From: Ferroglobus placidus DSM 10642 | Lineage (GTDB): Archaea > Halobacteriota > Archaeoglobi > Archaeoglobales > Archaeoglobaceae | DNA: 32,000 nucleotides | Reading direction: 5' to 3' | Assembly (NCBI RefSeq): GCF_000025505.1 | Contig: NC_013849.1 | Span: 1,830,001-1,862,000 of the forward strand | Part shown: positions 26,008-32,000 of the stretch, in pieces | Numbering within the stretch: the stretch's first letter is position 1 | Layout: each line of letters opens with the position of its first letter | The notes under the pieces: model-generated | The model's input: the letters and a program-made list of their open reading frames with translations, nothing else | Database searches by the model: none | What the model was told of the DNA's origin: nothing | Program-made: the position numbers and the translations under genes

Positions 26008-26919
26008 ATGAGTGTGGTTGAAGGTGCTATAATCTACTCGAACCTCCTCGTGTTGCTGTCCATGAGTTTGACGATCACGTATATTACGACTTCAGTTCCG
26101 AACTTCGCGCAGGGGTCTTTTGCTGTTTTCGGCTCTTACTTAGCCTTCGCATTCTTCAAGCTTTTTGAAATACACCCTTACAAGTCTATCCCACTCGTTT
26201 TCATTTTGGGAGGTTTTCTTGGAATAGCCACTTACTTCCTCGTTTTGAGACCTTTAATAAAGAAGGAGGCGAGCGTTCTAATTTTGATGATCGCAACCCT
26301 CGCATGGGATCTTATTTTACTCGGCTTTCTCGGAATTTTCTCCGAAACTCTCGGAAAGATTATAGGAGGTTACGCTTCCCGTTTCATCTTCACTCCTTAC
26401 GATTTTAGAGCATTCGGCATGAACGGAATTTTCTTCGTTTCTTCTGCAGCCATAATTTTATGTCTTTTCGGTCTTGCGGTGCTGTTCTACAAGACCAAGT
26501 TTGGAATAGCTTTAAGAGCTTCGATGGAAAATCCGCAGCTCGCGGAAGTTATGGGAGTGAATGTCGAGTACACGAGAATATTTTCGTGGTTTTTATCCGG
26601 CTCATTTTCGGCTCTGGCTGGAGCTCTGTTACCATTTAAGCAGGAAATTGTTCAGAGCACTGGAGCTTTAATAATAGTTTCAATTTTCGCAGCAAGCATA
26701 GTAGGTGGATTGAGCAGCATACTCGGAGCGATTCTCGGAGGATATCTCATTGGAATTTCCGAGACTCTCGTAACGTTTTATTTGAGCAAGTTATTCGGAA
26801 CTGGCGTGCTCGTTTACAGTAAGCTCGTACCCCTCGTAATTTTAATAGTCGTTCTGCTCTACATACCGCAAGGACTCGTTTCGATAAGGTGGTCGAAGTG
26901 GCGCTGGAGCAGACATTAG
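26008..26919 (+). CDS. livH: Branched-chain amino acid type ABC transporter permease
   Basis: 303 aa polytopic membrane protein with SLTITYITTSVPNFAQGSFAVFGSYLAFAFFKL...FGIALRASMENPQLAEVMGVNVEYTRIFSWFLSGSFSALAGAL...IVGGLSSILGAILGGYLIGI. Confidence 0.93.
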   Translation: MSVVEGAIIYSNLLVLLSMSLTITYITTSVPNFAQGSFAVFGSYLAFAFFKLFEIHPYKSIPLVFILGGFLGIATYFLVLRPLIKKEASVLILMIATLAWDLILLGFLGIFSETLGKIIGGYASRFIFTPYDFRAFGMNGIFFVSSAAIILCLFGLAVLFYKTKFGIALRASMENPQLAEVMGVNVEYTRIFSWFLSGSFSALAGALLPFKQEIVQSTGALIIVSIFAASIVGGLSSILGAILGGYLIGISETLVTFYLSKLFGTGVLVYSKLVPLVILIVVLLYIPQGLVSIRWSKWRWSRH

Positions 26920-27944
26920 TAACGATCCTGCTCTGGTTCGGAGTTTACGCGATAGTTGCGATAAGCCTGAACATAGAGTACGGATACGGAGGAATACCCA
27001 ACTTTGGCAGAGCTTTCGCTGTGTTAATAGGCGCTTTAGCTGTCGGAGCCATTGTCAACAGAATATTTATCGCTTTAACTGGCGTGAGTGGAGTAACGTA
27101 TTCGGCAGCGAGCGGATTTGCCAAGAGTAAGATCGATGCCCTTATTTCCTCAAATCCTGCTTACGGAATTTTGATTTTGCTCTTCTGCGTTGCTTTAGCC
27201 GCCGTTCTCGGAGCTATTTTCGGTGCGATGTTCATTCTTCCGAGTGCAAAATTGAAGAGCGACTACTTAGCAATAACCTTACTGGCTATAAGCGAAGTCT
27301 CCTTCATAGTCTCCTACTACAACACGGATATAGTCGGAGGATATTACGGAACTCCAACTCCAAACGTTCTCGCTTTCGTTCCCGGAGAGAGTAGAGAGAT
27401 AGCCTACACGATACTTATACTAATTTTCGCCGCTCTCGTATTTCTCTTAGCTGAGAGGCTGATGAATTCTCCTTACGGAAGGCTTCTAAAAGCGATGAGA
27501 GAAGACGAGGACGTGGTGGAAAGCTTTGGAAAGGACGTTATGAGAATCAGAATCAAGACAGTCGCTCTCGGTTCGTCTTTAGCAGCAATCGTCGGAGCTC
27601 TTTATACCCTCTACGCCGGAAATGTTTCTGGAGTTGTGAATTTATTTGCGAGAGTAAACTGGACGTTCTACCCCTTCCTAATGGTTCTTCTCGGCGGAAT
27701 GGCAAACAACAGGGGTGTTTTAGCCGGAACGTTTTTGTTTGTAGCAGTCTGGAGGTTGCTCGATCAATACAAGCACGAAATTGCGGCACTTCTAAACTTA
27801 CCTTTCGATGTAAACTGGCTCCAGTACATAATTTTCGGTGCTTTGATGATCCTCGTGCTTTACTACAAGCCGGAAGGTTTAATCAAAGAGCAGCCGATAA
27901 GAACCGAGCCGATAAAGGAGATCAAATCTGGTAAGAAAGCTTGA
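26889..27944 (+). CDS. livM: Branched-chain amino acid type ABC transporter permease
   Basis: 351 aa polytopic protein with AISLNIEYGYGGIPNFGRAF...LKSDYLAITLLAISEV...SPYGRLLKAMREDEDVVESFGKDVMRIRIKTVALGSSLAAIVGALYTLY...LLGGMANNRGVLAGTFLF. Confidence 0.93.
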   Translation: MVEVALEQTLVTILLWFGVYAIVAISLNIEYGYGGIPNFGRAFAVLIGALAVGAIVNRIFIALTGVSGVTYSAASGFAKSKIDALISSNPAYGILILLFCVALAAVLGAIFGAMFILPSAKLKSDYLAITLLAISEVSFIVSYYNTDIVGGYYGTPTPNVLAFVPGESREIAYTILILIFAALVFLLAERLMNSPYGRLLKAMREDEDVVESFGKDVMRIRIKTVALGSSLAAIVGALYTLYAGNVSGVVNLFARVNWTFYPFLMVLLGGMANNRGVLAGTFLFVAVWRLLDQYKHEIAALLNLPFDVNWLQYIIFGALMILVLYYKPEGLIKEQPIRTEPIKEIKSGKKA

Positions 27945-28317
27945 ATGCGTGCTTGCAAATTCCGTACCTATGCTTCACGATTTCCTTGACAATGAATCCG
28001 AAAGCCAACAGCCTTGTAATATCTTCCTCCACGGGAACTTCCATAAGAACTTCTTTAAAATTCATTTTAGAAGCTTCGACTACGCATTTCTCAATTAGCG
28101 TTTTTTCAACCTCAGAATTTTCCGCAAATATTCTCCCGATGTAAAATTCCTCGTCGTTCCAGAAAACTATCGCAAAGCCTTTCAATTTATCGACAACGAG
28201 GACTTTTTTCCTGAAGTCCGTCATCGAAAGCTCTGCAAAAACGCTGTTCCCGAATTTTTCGTATTCCGTCAAAATAACCTCTTCTACCTCATCGTCCAGC
28301 ATCTCTCTAACGAGCAT
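27922..28317 (-). CDS. Hypothetical protein, possibly a small GNAT-like fold
   Basis: 131 aa ORF codirectional with downstream minus-strand genes. The pattern MLVREMLDDEVEEVILTEYEKFGNS...KGFAIVFWNDEEFYIGRIFA...LLAFGFIVKEIVKHRYG is reminiscent of acetyltransferases but weak. Confidence 0.5.
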   Translation of the reverse strand: MLVREMLDDEVEEVILTEYEKFGNSVFAELSMTDFRKKVLVVDKLKGFAIVFWNDEEFYIGRIFAENSEVEKTLIEKCVVEASKMNFKEVLMEVPVEEDITRLLAFGFIVKEIVKHRYGICKHAFKLSYQI

Positions 28318-28332
28318 TCAGCGGAAATTGAT

Positions 28333-28716
28333 TTAAGAGTATTTAACTTTTTCCACTTCGTGAAGGAAGTTTTTCATGTCGCTCTCGCTGTTGAAATACA
28401 GCACCTTCTCTTTTTTCCATTTTATTTTCACGGCAAGATTTTCAAAGTCCGGGTAAATTTCAGCTTCCTTTAAGTTAATTCTTCCTTTATAAATCAACCA
28501 CTCGTCCATAACAGCGAAAAACCTCGGCTTTCGGAGCGTTGTGAGCAGAAGCATGGTTATGGCGAAAAATAAAGCAAAAGCCGGAAAAGCGTATTTCGTA
28601 TCCTCCGAAAGCTTCCAAAGGGAGAGAAACGCTGCTAAAACGTACATGGCAGCGAAAGATTTTATGTACCTCTTCCTCGCGAGTTTGTTCTTGGCTGGAA
28701 CGTAGCTGTAAATCAT
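28333..28716 (-). CDS. Hypothetical membrane protein with C-terminal PH-like/hydrophilic domain
   Basis: 127 aa with two hydrophobic helices ([15 protein letters not shown]; [19 protein letters not shown]). Its start overlaps the end of ahcY by 4 nt, consistent with one operon. Confidence 0.6.
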   Translation of the reverse strand: MIYSYVPAKNKLARKRYIKSFAAMYVLAAFLSLWKLSEDTKYAFPAFALFFAITMLLLTTLRKPRFFAVMDEWLIYKGRINLKEAEIYPDFENLAVKIKWKKEKVLYFNSESDMKNFLHEVEKVKYS

Positions 28717-29942
28717 GTTCCCATCCTCCAGTCTTCAATGTACCTCCTCTGCTTTTCGGTCAGCTCGTCTATTTTCACACCTTCAACCTCTAATTTAAGC
28801 TTCGCAACAAACCTGTCCAAATCTTCTGGCATTCTGTAAACTCTGTTAACGAGCTTCCCCCTGTTTTCAACCAGATATCTCACCGCTAAAGCCTGATTAG
28901 AGAAGCTCATGTCCATAACCTCAATCGGATGACCGTCTCCAGCTACGAGGTTTACAAGCCTTCCCTCGGCAAGGAGGTAGAGCTTCTTGTTCCCCAGGTC
29001 GTACTCTTTAACGTACCTCCTCACCTCTCTAACGTTTTTAGCAAGCTCTTCAAGCTCTTCAATGTTTATCTCAACGTTGAAGTGCCCGGCGTTAGCTAAA
29101 ATCGCTCCGTTCTTCATCAGCAAAAAGTGCTCCCTCCTTATGACGTCGATGTTGCCCGTGGCAGTTATGAATATGTCTCCTATCTTCGCCGCTTCGCTCA
29201 TGGGCATTACTTCAAAGCCGTCCATTAACGCTTCCAAAGCCCTTATCTCGTCAACCTCGGTGACTATGACTCTCGCTCCCAGCCCTTTTGCTCTTAAAGC
29301 AATTCCCCTTCCGCACCATCCGTATCCGGCTACAACGACAGTTTTTCCGGCAACGAGAATGTTGGTCGCTCTCAAAATTCCGTCCCAAGTCGATTGCCCC
29401 GTCCCGTACCTGTTGTCGAAGAGGTACTTCGTGTAAGCGTCGTTTACGGCTATAACCGGGAATTTCAGAATTCCTTCCCTCTCCATCGACTTTATCCTCT
29501 TAACTCCAGTCGTCGTCTCTTCGCTCGCTCCTATGACTTTCCCAGCAGCTTCTGATCTCTCCTTGTGAAGCAAAAAGATTAGATCGGCTCCGTCGTCGAT
29601 AATTACGTCCGGCTCTTCGTCTATAACCCTATTCAAAGCGTTGTAGTATTCCTCCCTCGTCATCCCCCTTTTAGCAAAACACTTCACTCCCTCTTTTCTC
29701 AAAGCTTCAGCCACGTCATCTTGAGTCGTGAGAGGATTGCAGCCGGTAATGGCTACTTCAGCTCCCCCAGCAATGAGCGTTTTAACGAGAACAGCAGTTT
29801 TAGCCTCCACGTGCAGAGCCATACCGACTTTAATACCTTCAAGAGGTCTCTCCTCCTCGAAAATCTTCCTTATCCTTGAAAGAACCTTCATTCTCTCTTC
29901 AGCCCACTCGATCTTTCTCATTCCCTCAAGATAATCAGCCAT
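28713..29942 (-). CDS. ahcY: Adenosylhomocysteinase (S-adenosyl-L-homocysteine hydrolase)
   Basis: 409 aa with [92 protein letters not shown]. Confidence 0.97.
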   Translation of the reverse strand: MADYLEGMRKIEWAEERMKVLSRIRKIFEEERPLEGIKVGMALHVEAKTAVLVKTLIAGGAEVAITGCNPLTTQDDVAEALRKEGVKCFAKRGMTREEYYNALNRVIDEEPDVIIDDGADLIFLLHKERSEAAGKVIGASEETTTGVKRIKSMEREGILKFPVIAVNDAYTKYLFDNRYGTGQSTWDGILRATNILVAGKTVVVAGYGWCGRGIALRAKGLGARVIVTEVDEIRALEALMDGFEVMPMSEAAKIGDIFITATGNIDVIRREHFLLMKNGAILANAGHFNVEINIEELEELAKNVREVRRYVKEYDLGNKKLYLLAEGRLVNLVAGDGHPIEVMDMSFSNQALAVRYLVENRGKLVNRVYRMPEDLDRFVAKLKLEVEGVKIDELTEKQRRYIEDWRMGT

Positions 29943-30008
29943 AGATCAGCTTGGCTTAACCGCTTTATTAAGGTTAAGGTTTAAAAGAAGAGAAGTTATA
30001 AAAATTCG

Positions 30009-32000
30009 TCACATTATTCCGGAAGTTAGCTTCCTGTAAAGCTCTCTGTTATTCCTCCAGAGATCGAAGCGGTCGAGATGCATGACTTTTGCCCACGCAG
30101 AAACAAAATCCCTGACGAACTTCTCTTTCGCGTCATCGCAGGCGTAAACTTCGGCAACAGCTCTTAGCTCGTCGTGGTGCCCTATTATTAAATCGACTCT
30201 CGTAGCTCTCCACCTCACTTCCCCGCTTTTTCTATCTACAGCCTCGAAGGTGTACCGATAGCTATCCGCAGCCCGCCACTCGTAACTCATGTCCAGAAGG
30301 TTTACGAAGAAGTCGTTCGTAAGTGTCTCAGGCTTGTCTGTGAGAACGCCGTAGTCAGAGTAGTTGTAGTTGGCTCCAAGCACCCTCATCCCGGCGATGA
30401 GCACCACCATCTCAGGAACTGTTAGAGTGAGAAGATTGGCTTTATCGACGAGGAAGTATTCAGGAGTCGTGTAAACATCAGCTTCATCAATGCTCTCGGG
30501 ATTTCTGAAGTAATTTCTGAAGCCGTCAGCGAAAGGCTCAATAGCTTTGTAAAATTCAGCATCGACATGCTCCTGCAGTGCGTCAACCCTTCCGGCAACG
30601 AACGGCACTTCCACGCTGAATCCAGCCTTTCTTGCAGCTTCTTCAATAGCTGCACAACCTCCGAGAACTATAAGGTCAGCTAACGAAACCTTTTTGTCAT
30701 TTCCCTTCGCTTCCTGCTCCTCGTTGAACTCTCTCTGTATTTTTTCGTAAACTTTTACAACTTTTTTCAGCTCTTCCGGATGGTTTACCTCCCACTCGTT
30801 CATTGGATAAAGCCTTATCCTCGCCCCGTTTACCCCTCCCTTCCTGTCGGAGTTTCTGTATGTTGATGCCGAAGCCCATGCGTAGTAAACGAGCTGCTTT
30901 ACGCTTAGCTCCTCGAGCAGCCTTTTCTTCAAGTACCTTACGTCTTCTTCTTCGATAAGCTCGTAGTCCCTCTCGGGGAGGGGATCCTGCCAGATGAAAG
31001 TCTCCTTCGGAACGTATTTTCCGAGATAGCACTCCTTAGGTCCCATGTCCCTGTGAGTGAGTTTAAACCATGCTCTCGCGAAGGCTTTCTCAAACTCCTC
31101 GGGATTTTCGAGGAATCTCTTTGCTATTTCCGCGTACTTCGGATCGAACCTCAAAGCAAGATCGGCTGTGAGCATTCTCGGCCTGTGCTTCTTGTTCGGA
31201 TCGTAAGCGTCGGGAATTATCTCCGGCGCATCCTTTGCAACCCACTGATACTTTCCAGCAGGACTCTTCTCAAGCTCCCACTCGTATTTGAAGAGGATGT
31301 GCAGATACTGTATTCCAAACTTTGTCGGCGTAGGAGACCAAATGAGTTCGAAGCCTGATGTGTAAGTGTCTGGACCCTTTCCGCTTTTGTACTCGTACTT
31401 CCACCCGAGCCCCTGCATTTCTATCGGCGAAGAGCTCGGATCCGGACCAAGATATTCAGCTGGTCCGGCTCCATGACATTTTCCGAAAGCATGTCCGCCG
31501 GCGATTAAAGCAACCGTCTCCTCATCGTTCATTCCCATTCGAGCAAATGCCGTTCTTATCTCCTTGGCAGATTCAGCCGGATCGGGATTTCCACCCGGTC
31601 CCTCCGGGTTGACGTAAATCAACCCCATTTCAGTTGCAGCGTAAGGTCTTTCAAGCTTCTCCTTCTCCCCTCTTTTTGCTGTGAGCATCTCCTCCTCCGG
31701 TCCCCAGTCGGGGCTTTCGTCGGGCTCAAAAACGTCCTCTCTGCCGAGAGCGAAGCCGAGAATTTTAACCCCCATGTCCTCCAAAGCGACAGTTCCGGCT
31801 AAGATTATCAAGTCTGCCCAGGAAAGCTTTCTTCCGTACTTCTTCTTTACAGGCCAAAGAAGCCTTATCGCTTTGTCGAGGTTTACGTTGTCCGGCCAAT
31901 TTATTCTTGGAGGAAATCTTATGCTTCCGTCTCTCGCCCCACCTCTTCCGTCGTAAATTCTGTAGCTACCAGCGCTGTGCCAAGCGAGACGGATAAACAA
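30009..32000 (-). CDS. katG: Catalase-peroxidase KatG (N-terminus lies outside the window)
   Basis: 663+ aa with [100 protein letters not shown]. The ORF is open to the window edge. Confidence 0.97.
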   Translation of the reverse strand: MFIRLAWHSAGSYRIYDGRGGARDGSIRFPPRINWPDNVNLDKAIRLLWPVKKKYGRKLSWADLIILAGTVALEDMGVKILGFALGREDVFEPDESPDWGPEEEMLTAKRGEKEKLERPYAATEMGLIYVNPEGPGGNPDPAESAKEIRTAFARMGMNDEETVALIAGGHAFGKCHGAGPAEYLGPDPSSSPIEMQGLGWKYEYKSGKGPDTYTSGFELIWSPTPTKFGIQYLHILFKYEWELEKSPAGKYQWVAKDAPEIIPDAYDPNKKHRPRMLTADLALRFDPKYAEIAKRFLENPEEFEKAFARAWFKLTHRDMGPKECYLGKYVPKETFIWQDPLPERDYELIEEEDVRYLKKRLLEELSVKQLVYYAWASASTYRNSDRKGGVNGARIRLYPMNEWEVNHPEELKKVVKVYEKIQREFNEEQEAKGNDKKVSLADLIVLGGCAAIEEAARKAGFSVEVPFVAGRVDALQEHVDAEFYKAIEPFADGFRNYFRNPESIDEADVYTTPEYFLVDKANLLTLTVPEMVVLIAGMRVLGANYNYSDYGVLTDKPETLTNDFFVNLLDMSYEWRAADSYRYTFEAVDRKSGEVRWRATRVDLIIGHHDELRAVAEVYACDDAKEKFVRDFVSAWAKVMHLDRFDLWRNNRELYRKLTSGIM

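Noticed and set aside
1-32000. CRISPR arrays, prophage, toxin-antitoxin or restriction-defence islands
   Set aside because: No regularly spaced direct repeats, phage structural or integrase genes, or cas genes were seen. The only PIN protein is better explained as HARP, and the only DNA methyltransferase lacks partner genes.
1-32000. tRNA genes
   Set aside because: Intergenic gaps are mostly under 60 nt, and I saw no TTCGAATC-like T-loop with a CCA-side acceptor stem in the larger gaps. tRNAscan-SE would be needed to exclude them formally.

Overview
This window looks like a chromosomal segment from a hyperthermophilic euryarchaeon, most likely of the Archaeoglobales. That assignment is an inference from gene content: thermosome, methanopterin pathway genes, an unlinked 5S rRNA, KatG and Liv transporter genes. 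Most of the window is ordinary, densely packed housekeeping DNA. It holds a RecJ-like DHH protein, a thermosome subunit, a BFN/DUF151 protein, a DUF432-MscS pair with a membrane TPR protein, leuD-leuB, tpiA, a Fae-Hps fusion, a multi-CBS protein, SUMT, a C5 methyltransferase, 5S rRNA and pheT. It continues with a radical SAM/SPASM protein, an HTH-CBS regulator, a degenerate ThiF-like protein with beta-RFAP synthase, a Nop5/fibrillarin/HARP/hisS cluster, thiD, DUF457, UPF0343, a divergent Liv ABC transporter, ahcY and a partial katG. I see no CRISPR array, prophage or recognisable multi-gene defence island. The strongest candidates for follow-up are: (1) a four-CBS protein whose C-terminus looks like a ribosome hibernation promoting factor (HPF/RaiA) domain; (2) a HARP-type protein-only RNase P candidate cotranscribed with Nop5/fibrillarin; (3) a DUF432/MscS/TPR gene set; (4) a degenerate E1/ThiF-like protein coupled to methanopterin biosynthesis; (5) a frameshifted IS element with 20-bp imperfect TIRs abutting the thermosome promoter; (6) a TAG-interrupted short ORF beside the 5S gene.
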